Origin: Lytechinus pictus
Taxonomy: Eukaryota
Assembly: GCF_037042905.1 (NCBI RefSeq)
Contig: NC_087250.1
Location: forward strand, 17,796,001-17,860,000
Length of the DNA stretch: 64,000 bases
Direction of reading: 5' to 3'
Under the pieces are notes generated by a model. The model saw only the letters and a program-made list of their open reading frames with translations. It did no database searches and was not told the origin of the DNA. Below are positions 25,401 through 40,400 of this stretch, piece by piece. Each line of letters begins with the position of its first letter. Positions within the stretch are counted from its first letter, which is position 1. A program made the position numbers and the translations under genes.

Positions 25401-28400
25401 GCAGATATGCAGATATTGCGGATTTTTCAAGAGCCGATTTTTGAATGTGTTACATTTGATTATTAAAACTAAAAATAACGTGATTGAGATAAAATGAGAC
25501 ATCAATCAATATGCTGTCTCTTAATTGAATTACAATAGTCTTATAATAACATGTGGCACTTTTCCTAATGGTAAAATGTCCATTCAAGAAATAAACATGG
25601 ATGAAGACAAATGTTGCCTTTGATTTCGACATGTTCGAATTTTATAGTTGAGTGCACAGGTATGAATAACGAACAAAAAATATTGTGCGTCTTTGCTACA
25701 AAAAGTATACTTATGATTTTTAAAATACACTTTTGATTTTAATATTTTCGTCCCATGACTGCTTAAACCTACCTCGGGCTATGTGATCTGCAGCATCGTT
25801 GAAATCAAAAGCTTGAACCATTTCAAGCAACCTCAGCCTTGTTCCTCCTTGCTTGGCCCATTTCTGAAGCATTTGTAGTACCATCCGACGTATCGAGGCA
25901 GGTTCAAAGGTCAAAGATGAAGCCATCACCTGAAGAATTTCAGAAGCTGGCAGATCCAACCTTTGAGAGAGGTCGATGAGGTCTGGAGTAGTCCGAATTT
26001 TGGCACAGATTTCACCAATACCTTTTTTATAGGGAACATAATGACATTGTAAGTTCATAGTGAATGACGACTCCTGTTTCCATTTTGCCGAAATATACAG
26101 TTTTACCATTACATTAAAAAATATATATATTTTGGCTAGTTGTCTATTCCATCCAACTTTAAAAAAAACGTGTTAAAAGCTATACCAAAAGCGAGTTTAA
26201 TAAAATTCAAGCTGTGATCAAACCTGGTTGAGCGTTTTCGATGTTGTATCCTTGAAGAAGCGTAGACACCTTCTCTTCCTTCTCCTGTCTTCCTAGACGT
26301 CTACACCACTGATGAAGGAGTTGCCATGCTAGTCTCTCCATTAATGCAGGGTCGCGAGGAGCAATGAGAACTATGATGTCATTAACGTCCAAACAAAGGG
26401 CTTTAGCTAGTTCTAAGGCCAACGTGACATTCGCCACCGGACGAACGACGCTACACAGTTCTGAATTACTTGGTGAACCTCCATACCCGTCGATGTCGAC
26501 AATAGTTTCATCTTTGTCTACGATTTAATAATATTTGGTTGGGTGAATGTTATTAGAAATTTCAATAAAGATCCGACAGTACTATATTGATACAACGTGG
26601 TGCAATTTTTGTATCTTGGTTTTGGTGCTATCGAAAACGCGTCTGATACATACAGTGCGTCCCACAAAAAACGAAACCGAGATTTATCGATGATTTATCA
26701 TAACTTATTCACAAATACAATAGACAAATTAACTACCATTGTAAAGCTTAGAATCTCCTTTTTAATCTGAAATTACTTAGATTATTTTTCATTCACGCAT
26801 GAGTGAGCAAAAACAATTTCAAGAGGGGATACCAAAAAGTCATTTGGCGGGCTGTATCTGGGTTTCAAAATCAAAACCACATTTTAAAAAAGTTCAATAT
26901 CCGCTCTTTAATTTGATACCTCAATTACAGAAAATGGTCAAGAAATAACAAAGTTCTGGTTATTTGAAATAAGGCTTGAATTTCAATAATTTCATAAAAT
27001 TAAGAGGTTCTACATGCTAGCGTTCAAACTCACTTGACACTCCCGTTTTGTTGACGATCAGCCATGCATTAAGTCTTTTGTTAACCATGCGATAGCTTCT
27101 GTTGGAAACGGGTGAAAACACGTTTGTTAAATGAAATTATGGAAATACAAGCATTGTTTCGAGGGATCATAACTTTCTTACTTCTTGACCATTTTTTGTG
27201 ATTAAGGTATCAAATAAAAGAGCAGATATTGAACTTTTTAGGCATGTGATTTTCTTTTTGAAATTCAGATACCCCCCGCCAAATGAGTTTTTGGTATCCT
27301 TTCTTCAAATTGTTTTTGCTCACTCATGCGTGAATGAAAAATAATATAAGTAATTTCAGATGAAAGAGGATATTCTAAGCTTTACATTGGTAGGTCAATT
27401 GTCTATTGTATTTGTGATTAAGTTGTGATAAATCATCGCTTAATCTCGGTTTCGTTTTTTCTGGGACGCACTGTATATACTTTTTGATTCGTTACTATGG
27501 CTTCTTTCCTCTTTTTTGTATTAGCCCCTCCCCCCTCTCTCTCTCTCTCCACCCCTCTTCATCCATACCCTCGCTTATCATTCATTCCTACCTGACTCTG
27601 AGTATTCAATGATCTTCCAATCTTCATTCTCTTCATCTTCATCCTCATCTGGTTCTTGAGGTGATCGGTCAGAATTCACATCCGGATCAAGAGGGGTCAC
27701 ACCATCACTATTCTCATCATCTGCATGATATGATTTATAGCCAAAGGGTTTTGTTGCATTCTTTTAAATATTACCTGATAATAACCACTGAAAACTCACC
27801 GCTTGTGCCGTAAGAAAGTAATAGTTCGGTGTGTTTGCACAACCCCCCCCCCCCCACTAAAGATTGCAATTTTTATTTATAACCCTCATTTTTGACGAGG
27901 CCAATTTCGACCAATTCTACCTCTTCTCAACAATTCCTGTCGACGAGAACGAAATATATGACAAGTTGACAACAATAGTAAAGCCCAGACCAACCTTCAA
28001 AGTTAAAAGAGCTTGACTTTCAATTATGATGCGTGTTATTTTTTTCTAAAAAGCACCAAGCAACATTTAAATGTATAAATTAGGATGTGATTTTACTCAT
28101 TATGCTGTAAAAAAGGGATCGTGTAATAAACCTTTTTATTTAAACATTCTAGTTTAGTAGTCGATTTCAGTTCACTAACGTATTAAAATGCGTTTAACTG
28201 AACTGAAATCAACTTCTGAACAAGAACTTGTCGCCACATTTTTCGTTTTGTGTGCATTTCCTTTTCATTAAATGATTTTAGATACCATTCACGTCCGTCA
28301 CTTTTGAAGCCTCATTTAAAGATTCCCAGACGGTCTTCAATTTCTCATCCGGTTTATCTGATGATCTTTGCGATGCTTTCCACAACGAGAGCATTTGAAT

Positions 28401-31400
28401 GTTAGCATCCTTTCTATTGTACAGGGATCGATGCTCGATGTGATGTAACTCTAGATCGTCAAATCCCAGCTGCCTGCCAATCTCATAGAATTTATCTTTG
28501 TTAATGTGACGGGAAATTTTCAATAGCATGCAGTCGGGAATCTCTCTGTATCATTGGATAGAAATCATGAAATTCACTATCAGTATTTGTTACCATCATG
28601 ACATACATTAACTTATAATAAACAAAATTTAAGAAAACTGACAAGTTTGTGTTATTGTAATTTAAAAGACAAATTAAAGTTTAAACTAATTTACATTAAT
28701 TTTCAGTGTTTTCAGTAAAGCAAACTAGTCACACATATCATTTATGAAGTTGCTGCTGTTTTTTTTCATTTGTCTGCAATATACAGTGTGTCTCTAAAAA
28801 AAGTAAACCCAACTTCAACGGCAAATTTTCAGAAAACTAAAAAATATTTACACATTATTTTTTCATAGTTAGATAGTCCAATAAGTCTTCTGTCCAATTA
28901 CATCACTTAGGTTATCTAACTCTCATGCATGACTGAGCATGATTCAACTTAGTGAACTGGTGTCAAATCATCTCTGTGGCAAGTTATTTCTTGTTATTTT
29001 CATGCATTCAAGGCCTATTTGAAGTTAAACTCAGTGGTTCCGTGATCAGCATACTTTCTCACATTGTACCAGATGGCCCTTTTGTTGGAGGCTGCCTCTC
29101 GGGGAACTGCACCCGAAAAGCCTCTTGAACTTCCACGAAACTTCTTGTTTCCTGGTATTGAGTTACCAAGAATACTCTCTGCTCAATTGTCAACTGTACC
29201 ATGTTTGGAAAGCATGTGAAGTGTGCCTGTGTTAGGAACAACCTTTGCTGAAGTTGTTATGAAATTATAGGCCTAAAATGTGACCAAAATTTAACTTCAA
29301 ATAGGCCTTGAATGCATGACAATAGCAAGAAATAACTTGCCACAGTGATGATTTAATCATAGGCCTAACATGTGACAAACATTTAAGGACGTTCCACAGT
29401 TATATTTGTGCGCATTATGATCTGCGCATAGTTTACACTCTGCGCGCTGACGTCACAATGGATGAACAGGTGATTAATTAGCTGCGGGTATGAGCTGATT
29501 TTTTTCATCTTCTGCACTTTAACTGCAGATCCGATGCGTTATTTCATGAAGCTAAAAAATTGAATTATTCCATGGACCATTCAAAAAAATATTCTCTATA
29601 ATTTCAAAATACTTTACTCTGCAGTGCTGCCAAGAAACACGAATATTACCCCGAGTTTGAATAAATGGTAGAGTGGTTTTGATTTTTTCTTCACATAGAT
29701 ACTAATCATTCGGCCCATTTTTGGTGTTTTAAAAAGCACATTTGCTCTAATAAAAATGCTGATAGTTTAAAAACAAGCACATGAACCCATATTTTTTAAT
29801 GTTTGTACCTCTTAGGTATACCTTCCTCTACAACTCTGCAAATTTTGGTGAAAATGACATGGATTTTTAATAAAGTGCAGCATTTATTGTACGTTTGTAG
29901 TTTGTTACTGAAATTTTACATTTTTTAGATTGGGATTTTGTTATCTTTTACGCCATTTTTAAGAACTGACAGTGCTGTTAAACTTAAAATTGCAAACAAA
30001 TAGCACTATTAATATATTCTCCATTCTAACGATACAATTATTAACTCTCTTGCGAAATTTGATGACTTTTTCATGTATTTTGACTGAGTAATGGAGGTTT
30101 AAACTCATTGTAGTAATCTTGGGCGGTCTAAAAATGCCAAATTCTTTTGAATGCGCAATTCTTAAGAACATCAATTTGGGTGAACTTTGAAGCTCTATGG
30201 CAAAAAATCAAGCACATGGACCTATGTTAATTTTTGCATATTTCAAATATTAAGGTTCTAAAGTATCTATGTGCAAAGTTTGGTGAAAATGACATGGATT
30301 TCACTTTAACTGTGGAACGTCCTTAACTTCAAATAGGCCTTGAATGCATGACAATAACAAGAAATAACTTGCCACAGTGATGATTTGACACCAGTTCACT
30401 AAGTTGAATCATGCTCAGTCATGCATAAGAGTTAGATAACCTAAGTGATATAATTGGACAGAGGACTTAGTGGACTATCTAACCATGAAAAAATAATGTG
30501 TAAATATTTGTTAGTTTTCTGAAAATTTGCCATTGAAGTTGGGTTTACTTTTTTTAGAGACACGCTGTATAACGTACTGCATACTGAAGAAACTTACTCA
30601 GTCGGTTTAATATCTTGATGGACGTAGCCGAATCCGAGATGAGAGCAATTTTAAGAGAAGAGAAAAATAAATTTATAGAAGAAAAATTACTGATAAACTT
30701 AATTATTAGTACGCTGCCTAAATGTCAGCAGGTATGTTGTTTCTCATGCAAATCTTTTTGATCTTAAGATACAAACGAGATAAGGAATTTTGGCATGTAA
30801 TTATACAAGAGTTACAGTAGTACCACTTAAGAACAATTTCCAAATACCCGTACTGTCAAATTTTCTAGCATGAATCTTGAAGTATTTTTTTGAAACTAGT
30901 AAAAAAATCATTACTCAACCCTTTACCGACGATGAAAAACTAGACTAAATTTATAATTTTATCCACAAACGAAAATAAAGGATAACGCTTTTTAATTTGA
31001 ATGGTAATGTCAACTATTTTTTTTGTGATAAAGAAAAAATAAACTAATGCTTGCAAAATATGTACTGTTATTAAAAGAAATTGTCAAATATCCGTACTCT
31101 CCATTTTATAGCAATATTTCCGATTTCTTACAAACGAAGATGCAGTTACATCATGCAGCTGAAAGTAATTATTCTGAAACTAGTAACACAAATAATTCTT
31201 ATCAATCTATTTAGACATGTTGGATACGACAGGCATCATAAAAACAAATAATGAAACCAAAGTAAAACCAACAAACACTAACTCAAACCTGGGAAGGTTG
31301 TATCATTTGAAGATGAGTTGAATGATTCTATAATTGTGATGAGAGTATTCTTTGCTGCTTGGTTACATGATTGTCTCCCCCTCCATGCCAGTAGCATGTC

Positions 31401-34400
31401 ATAGGTAGCTTGCTGCCTATCTCTGAATCTCATGTACTCTACGCGATCCAACTCAGCTATGGTGAAACCAAGAGCTATGCCCAAATCATAGAACTGATTT
31501 ACGTCCATTGTCTGGGCTATTGTTCGGATGTCTATGTCCGATTGTAGGTCACTGTTCTTTACTTCTTCTAGTATCCTAGAAGATGCATTGAAATAAAAGA
31601 CATGGCTGAAATATCAAAGAACTGTTATTCAATATTAATTAATCTAAATTACTATATTTTAAAACCGTTTTCACTTGCTATATCACATATACATCCATGG
31701 CGTGGCACTGTATTTTAGAGGTTACACTTCGTAATTCCGAAGGTTCTTTATTCCGAAGGTTCGTAATTCCGAAACACGTATATTGCATATACCTCGACGT
31801 TTGTTAATCCGAAAACGTAAAAGGGTTCGTTAATCCGAATATTTGTGGCGTTATTCCGAAGGTTCGTTATTCCGAATGTTCGATAATCCGAAAACGAAAT
31901 AAGGTTCGATAATCCGAAAAACGAAATAAGGTTCGTTGTTCCGAAGGTCCGTTGATCCGAAAACGAAATAAGGTTCGTTGTTCCGAAGGTTCGTTAGTCC
32001 GAAAACGAAATAAGGTTCGTTAATCATTATGTTTTCGGACTAACGAACCATCGGAATTACGAACCTCATTTCGTTTTCGGATTAAAGAACCTTCGGAATT
32101 ACGAACCTCACTTTGTTTTCGGACTAACGAACCTTCGGAATTACGAACCTCATTTCGTTTTCGGACTTACGAATCTTCGAAATTGCGAACATTCGGAAAT
32201 ACGAACCTTCAGAATAACGAACCTTCGGAATATCCGAACATTCGGAATAACGAAGCTTCGGAATTACGAATGTATGCGATTTAAAAACCCTTCGTTGAAA
32301 CGTTGCCGGTTTGAGAACCTGACTGAAAGTTCACGATCATAATTATTATTGATGTCTTCATCCATCTAATCGAGTCAACAAGCATATTACCTGAAATGAA
32401 ATTAATCTTATGTTTTGATTTTTAAACAAATATTTGAGTTTCCTCGAAAAAGAGAAAAAGAAAAACACGTTAATTGATGGAAACTTACCTAGTGAGGTCT
32501 GTCTGTTCGGAAGGAAATTGGAACATAGGTCCATCTAACACAGAGAGAAAATGAAGAGACATAAAACGAACATTCCACTGTGTATTCTGTTTACAATGAT
32601 AATACTTCTCTTTATTTCATGATCTAAAAATTACCCTCGGCATTAACGGATCATATAAACTATGCTGTTATGTTGTCAGCGATAGTGCCAAAGGATGTAT
32701 CTGTACACCTTGTTATGATAAAATATTTAATACCGTTATTCAATTAGTCCATGGAGCTGAATGACATGGCGGGTAATTCTTGAATCCATCGCCTTATCCA
32801 AGTCTTTGGTGATTAAAAAAAGAAACATAACATTTTATCATTGAATTATCAAACATGAAATTCTACCTGTATATCTGATGACAAAGGCAGTAGATCGCGA
32901 AATCCCAAGCTTTCCAGCCTGTGTAAGTGTTATGGTAATCACTGCAAAGTTTAGATCGTCTTCGCTGGGTGAAACGTATATCGATATACATTGGCTTATC
33001 TTGGCTAGAAGGTCCCTAAGAGAAACGATCTGTTGGGGAGAAAATACAGCAGCAGAATATAAATGCATAAACCACCAAGGGGCTGTGCCGCTTCGGCAGG
33101 CTTTGATCCACCATCAAAAAAAGGAAAACCCCGGGGGGGGGGGGGGGGGTACTTGGACTTGGTTAGGACGGGGGTGTGCGGCTGAAGGTTAAAAACCTGT
33201 ACCCATATTTACGGGTCTTTTTGGCAAATTTGGTACCCATTATAAGGGATTTATTAAAATTTGACAATAAAAAAGAAAGTTATCACCCGAAATTGGAGGA
33301 GAATATGGATGCATTTTTAAGGCCAGTATCTAAAAATTAGGGCAATGGACCCATGTTCAAGGCCAGTATCTAAAAATTGGGGCCATATTTATGAATTTTC
33401 CAGTATAAAGCCATACCCCATGTTCAGGGATTTTTTTTCTCCAAAAAAGCGACCCATTCTGGCGGTACATCCCCGTATGCCTTATTTTGTGAGTATTATT
33501 ATTTTCGCTTTGGGATTAGTTTTAATCTAACAAGGAGCCGGATTGCTAAGAGCACCTTATTTGTTTTACAGTTATCAAATAAGTTCTGAAGCTTAATTAC
33601 CTGGCTCTCAATTTCTCCTCCTTCACGATGGCACGTGATTGTGACGTCACCACCCTTTGTTTCAACATTGAAAGGGACCGAGCGATGACATCTATGGTAA
33701 GATTGTTGTCTCGACTCCCCTTGTGTTGCCTACAAAGATGATTACGATTACATTCTATTTCAATTATTAAACAAATAAAAAAATTGAAAAAAAATATTAA
33801 AACCCATATTTGTTCTAATTCTAAATAGAAATCTAAAGTAGAAACACTCCGAAGACTAATTCTGCCTGCCTAATTGATATTCGGCATGGCAGCGCTATAT
33901 ATACACAACAAAAAAAGTAAGTCCCCCTAAATCAAATTGCTGTAACTTTTGAACGAAGTTATTTTGAGATATGATATTTCGTAGGTGGTTTTCTACACTC
34001 ATTAAGCAACTCCTGGGGAAGAATGAGATTGATCGGTTGAGTCATGCATGAGTAATTAAAGATTGAATTAAAAATGACCATTTTTGAAAGTCACAAGAGT
34101 CGTTTTTCAGATTGTGCAAATACAACGTTGGGCAAAAGTTGTTTTTAGGTGAATTTTATGGTGTTATGCTGAACTTGCTATCCATCATTTCGCCACTCCA
34201 CACACAATTTTGATATCGTATGTTCGTGGTTAAGTGAGCACAATATCGCAGGGGCCGCGGAAGCGGGGGTGCGGGGGGGGGGGGCCCACTTTTTTCCAAA
34301 ATCATGTACAAAAATGTAAAAATGACCATAGATTGTGATTTTTTGCATGGTCAGCCCCCCCCCCCACTTTTGGCTCAGCCCCTTCCCCACACTTTGAAAA

Positions 34401-37400
34401 CCGTTCCGCGGCCCCTGTATTGTGACGTATCATCATAGGATTTTTTTGGTAGTATCCTCTACAACTTGTTAGGTCATATTAAAATTTGAAAATGTTGGTG
34501 GCTCCTCCGATTATAGGCCCCTCCCCCACTTTTAAATTCTGGATCCACCACTGATTTGTCCATAGATTAAACTGATCATGAGAAATTGTTAGGAAAATAA
34601 TGCATTTATGCAGTATAAAGAGTATTCATTCCTAAGTTTTCGAATGTGCTCGCTCAACCATGAAAATGTTAAGTTCGGTAAGTGTGTGGTGATAGAAACG
34701 ATGGATGATAAAAACAACAGCAATTAAAGTCACATTTGAAACCGAATTTGCCCCCAACATTCACCTTATTACCCTTTAAAATGAGTCTGTGACATTGAAA
34801 ATACCCATTTTCTCACTTTGATGCGTGCTCACTCATCCGTAAATAAACAAATCGATTTAATTTTTGCACAGAATTCTGCCCATAGGTTGATAAGGGGTTA
34901 CTAATTCTTAAACATATGCACCCATAATGTACACAAGTCTATGAGAGAGGAAGTCAAAATTTAACAAATATGAAATAAGGGGTTTGTTTCATGGATGGTT
35001 TTTGTTACTTCTGCCAACAGTTATTTCATGAAACTTCGCACATGGCTTCAGAGTAACACTATCCAAAAGGCGCGCAAACCAAAATAACAATTCAATGCGG
35101 CACAGAGTGGGGCAAAGGCCTTGAACGTTCTTCTCATTTGCATAATTTTCGAATATTGTGTGCTCACTGATGCATAAAACATCGGGATTTTCATAAAAAT
35201 CAAATCAAATGAACCATGCACGGAGGTTTGTGACATATATCCATAGTTACAAATTGCATTTTTTCCAATGACGTATAAAAGAGCTAATCACATTCTACAT
35301 GTTCATTCAAGCGTGAATGTTTAAATAAACGCCTTTAAATCATTGAAGCATGTTAATTGGTCATGAACATAACGAAAAATTTGATAAAAGATCAGTTTCA
35401 GTTACCAAAATGAAACAATACTTGCCTATGATATTTGAAAATCGTATTTTTTGTTTTCAATAAATGTTCATTGAACCGTTAAACGATGAATATTGTTGAA
35501 GATACTCTTCCCAAAAATAACTGTTATCATATTCTATCATTTTTATCGATGAAAATGTATACAAAATCCAATTATAGCAAATTTGGACTTGTGTTTATTC
35601 AACCGTGAAATTTAGCCCAAAAATTGTATCGTCTTTTAGAAAGTATCTTTTACAAGCCTTTTGACTATTTTTCATGATGAGAATGTGGAATCAGTTCCAA
35701 TAAAATGGAATCAAAGTCATGATTTTTGGCTTGTGACTTTTGAAAAGTGACATTTTTGCCTTCTGACGGTGCTCACTGAAGCATGACGTAAAATACGTCC
35801 ATAACATTTACTCAGAGGGTAGCTTATAAAATTACCTACACACTCGTGTCAAAATATATCAAAAACTCGCATTGGTTCGGAAATTATTGATTTTTGTTCA
35901 AGGGGGGACTTACTTTTTTACTTGTGTATATTTGACGCGGCCGGAGCTTGACCTCCCGACTTGTGAATAGGACGCTCTCACAACTGAGCCAAAACAGTTG
36001 AAACGATTGATATATATCAATGCTATTACCCATATGCAGTTACAGATGTGAAAAGTTACTTTACTTTATTTAATTGTAAAAAATATCCTGGCTGTTATTT
36101 GCAACGGTGCTAATACCTCTAAGCAGAATTATCTATAATAATGTTGATAAGAGCAATACTTAATATATGACAGTGGTATTTATATTAATAATAATAACAG
36201 TAATAATATCAATAATAGTGAAATGGTTCTGAGCGCTTCATATCATTACGTCAACCGATAGCATTCAAGTAATTTTGTTCTACCCGCAAACATTCACCTC
36301 ATTTGGCTGGAGGGTGGAAATTTTCAATCAACATCTTACCAAAATGATAAGGATCTTCAGCTTTTCAGAGCTGTTTTGAATTGGCGAATGACCGATAATT
36401 CTGAACTTATATGGAGCGACGATGTTTAATACTGACCGCTTCGTTTCCAGGTAGGTCGTTACGAAACTGAAGATTAACTGCAAATTCTTGTCCTCTTTCG
36501 ATCCTGTCTGGGACGTATGGAGTACACATTAGCCGCTGTCGGATCACCTGTTGTTCAAGAGGAATCAGAACCCACCACTCAGCACAGTGGTCAATGTACA
36601 GCTCAAGATGTTTTTTGTACAGTCTGCAGTATGGTGGTGTGTCTGGTGAGCTGGATGATTGCTTCCTTAAAGTTCTTGGAAGATCTAATTTTACCAATTG
36701 CCGAAAAGTGAAAAGATGCGATTTATCACGACGTTCAGAAAAGTTATAATGGTTGTAGACTTTATAATTATTATAAACGTTATTATTAGTGACATATAAT
36801 ACCTACTGACGGAAGCTGATAATGAATGATGACGCTGTGGTGCTGATAGTGAGAATGATTACGGATGCTACTTGTAATTTTACTGATTGTAATGATGATC
36901 TTTGAATGTCAAATTAGATATCTGGTATCTGGTAGATATATGGTAGCATCAAAGTCATTTAAAGAAAGAAAAAAGATAGTCCATATGCTTTACTAATACC
37001 ATAATAGTCCAATCTCAATCTTTATGGACTTACTCGTGATTGAGTCCCACACACGACAAACGATGTCTGGTTTCACCTGCTCTGGATTTACGACCAATAA
37101 AGAATGTGGTATATTGATCTTAACAGGCTGGTTGAAGATCAAGGTATGAGGGTCACACCTGATCCCATAGCAGATCACTGATTCACCTTCAGTGACATAA
37201 ATACCGGGATTGTCTGTAAGGATGGCTAGGGTGAACTGACAAGAGTCATCAGATAGAACCGCTCCTGGAGGAAGGTACATTGATATTCCATGGTCTTCTA
37301 GATTAACTTCCTGACTGGAATTTCTGTTGACTTTGACAGAGGCACCGTTAGAATTCGATGGCCGATCTGTGATATATGCACGTATACAAGGTGAACAAAA

Positions 37401-40400
37401 AGGTCATGGTAAACACAATACAGAGGAACAAACCTGTTTCTTAGCCTTGTGTTGTGATCTCGGTTATTCAAATTCAGTTTAAAATGGTTTGTTTTTAGAT
37501 TAAAAGAATCAATCAAGGCATAAAAACGAATGACTATAAGGCATAGCATAGTGTACAATATAACACAACACAAACGCAACAATTATTACATAGCTTAAGA
37601 TAAACAAATTATTACAGAACATTCACCATACGACACGACGTCAGCGAACTTAATCACAGAACACATATAACATAAAAATCCGCTAATATATAGAATACAA
37701 AGTTTTATAATCAATATGAATCATATTGATATATGAACAATTAAAAAAAGTCAATGTTAAAATCAGAATGTTGATTTCCAGATCGTTAAAAATTATTAAG
37801 AATGGGAATGAATGGGAAGGTAAGATAGAAGGTGGAGTTGATAGGAATAAGGGAAATGTATTGAGATATTTGATATAAAATTACATAGGAGGTAAAGTAT
37901 TATGAATCTTAAGAATAACGAAAGTGAGAAGAAGAATAAGAACAAAAAGAGAAGAAGTGGAAGGGCAAGAAGAATCAAATGTAGAAGAACAATACCATAT
38001 TAAACTAGACGAAACAAGTAAGTGAATGAAAAGACAGAAAAATTAAAATACAAAGTAAATATACATATAGTACGAATATAGGTACAAACCACTTGTTCCT
38101 AAAGTACACATTACAGTGCTATGTTTTTGGATGAACGGCCAATAATATACATATTAACGTGCAGTCATGTGCGACGGCTTCGGTGACGATTTCGTGTTTT
38201 GTATTTCAGGAATGCTCTTACCTCTAGTAGAATGTACATCATCCAAGGAAGTGGAATTTCTTTTCGGTATCCAACGCAAGGTGTTCCTTTTGTGTTTCTT
38301 ACGTAACTGCGTATTTCGAGTTTTCTCGTTGCGCTAACAAGCATATCTTTTCCATTCTCGGCTCAGCATTATTAGCTCGCGCACGTTTGGAAACCAGCTC
38401 CAGATTTTCTCTACGAGCCCTGCTACCGTATTTTTTCCGTCAAGATAGCGGCATGGACGTGGACGAGACCACGCCCGGCCCAGCCACGTCTCACAACATT
38501 TTACAAGCCATCCAGGCTCTTCAACGAAAGGTGGACTCTGCCTCCCGGAAATCTGCCAAGCCCGAAAGCTCCCCCTCCTTCAAGAGTGAGGGAAACAAGC
38601 AGCAATACGACCACGCCCAGAAAATTTTTCAGTGCATTGACGACGCTCTACATTCGCTGCAGGATATCGATATCGAGGCCGCAAAGGAGCGTCTACTCGA
38701 GGCATCCGCCCTCCTTACTCAGAGGCAGAAACTGATTCGCCTGGCAGACCGCTCCCCTTTGGGCTGGGCCACAGTCAAAGAGTATATCGCAGACGACCTC
38801 GCGGAGAATTCCGATGACGAAAAACGTCTCAGAAAGGCGGAGAAGGCTGCAGCCACCAAAAGGGCCGAAACAGCCAAAAAGTCGAAGATTCAGCCCCCCT
38901 TCCGGGCCCCCCGCTCTTCTGTACCTCCTCGCATTATGCCTGGGACTTTTCGTCGCTTCAACCCCTACCGTTCTGAAACCCGCATCTGCTTCCAGTGTGG
39001 CATCTCCGGTCACGTCCGCCCCAACTGCCCCGCTCTGCGAGCCGCTAGAAGTGCCGTCAACCAGCAACAGCCATCCAAGGCCCCCTTCTAGTGCCCCACC
39101 CGCCTCATCTCTCGACCCGCCTTCAGGCGTGCAAGGTAAATTGAGAAAATGTTTATCATTCTGGAAAAGTGAATTAAAAGCTTCCAAGTTTGTTTGCGAT
39201 ATTATCGAGTACGGTTATAAAATCCCTTTTGATAAAGTACCTCCCCCATTTTATAGCAAGAATAACAAGTCCAGTTTGGATCACCCAGATTTTGTTGAAA
39301 GTGCCATCTCTGAATTGATACAAAACAGATGTGCAGTAGAAGTAAAGCAACGCCCTTATTGCTGTAACCCTCTAACCGTTGCCGAAGGCAAAAAATTACG
39401 CCTAGTTTTGGATTTACGTCACACAAATCAGTTCGTTGCACAATCTAAATTTAAATACGAAGATCTCACTCATATTGCGCAAGTGCTTGGTTCCGAGCAA
39501 TTTTATTTCTCATTTGATTTAAAGTCCGGCTATCACCATGTCGACATATTTCCCCCCCACCAGCAATTTTTAGGGTTTTCTTGGACCCATTCTGATTCCG
39601 TAGTACGTTATTATGTATTCACTGTACTGCCTTTTGGGCTCAACAGCGCATGTTATTTGTTCACTAAATTGACAAGGCCACTAGTGTACCACTGGCGTTC
39701 ACATGGTATAATTGCTTACATGTATATTGATGACGGCCTCATCATTTCACCGTCTTATGAATCCGCTTTAGCAAATTTGGCAGTAGTAAGGGAAACTATC
39801 CGGCGCAGCGGTTTCGTTCCCAATGAAGCAAAGTGTGCTTGGAACCCATCTAGTAGAATTCTTTACTTAGGATTCCTCATCGATTCACCATCACGCTCGA
39901 TTTTTGTACCTCAGTCGAAACTAATAAACTTAGTTCAGAGCACTGACGAGCTTGTGTCATTTTCTAAGGCTGCTGCTCCTGTCCCAGTGAGAAAATTGGC
40001 CTCATTCGCCGGACACGTCATTTCAATGAATCTCGCTCTCGGTCCGGTGGCGAGATTGATGACGCGCGCAACTTATCGCGCAATCGAATCTCGGTCTTCA
40101 TGGTCCGATTTGATTTTTATTTCCGAATCTGTGCTCAATGAACTGGCTTTTTGGTCTGCCAACATTTTTTCGCTTAATGGATTTGCATTTTCATATCGCC
40201 TTGTACCGACCATGCAAATATTTTCTGACGCCAGCGATCTTGGTTTTGGTGCTCATGTCCAAGATCATTCACACCTGCGCGTCCACAGTTTGTGGTCACC
40301 TTCTGAGAAACTTCAGAGTTCCACTTGGCGCGAATTGACCGCTGTTTATCGCTCACTCAAAGCATTTTCCAGCCATTGCTTTAACCAAAAAATCAAGTGG

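Noticed and set aside
38210..38251. Plus-strand exon (tttcag...aag|gtaatc) at the insertion site
   Set aside because: It has no partner exons; the minus-strand micro-exon explains the site and fits both flanking phases.
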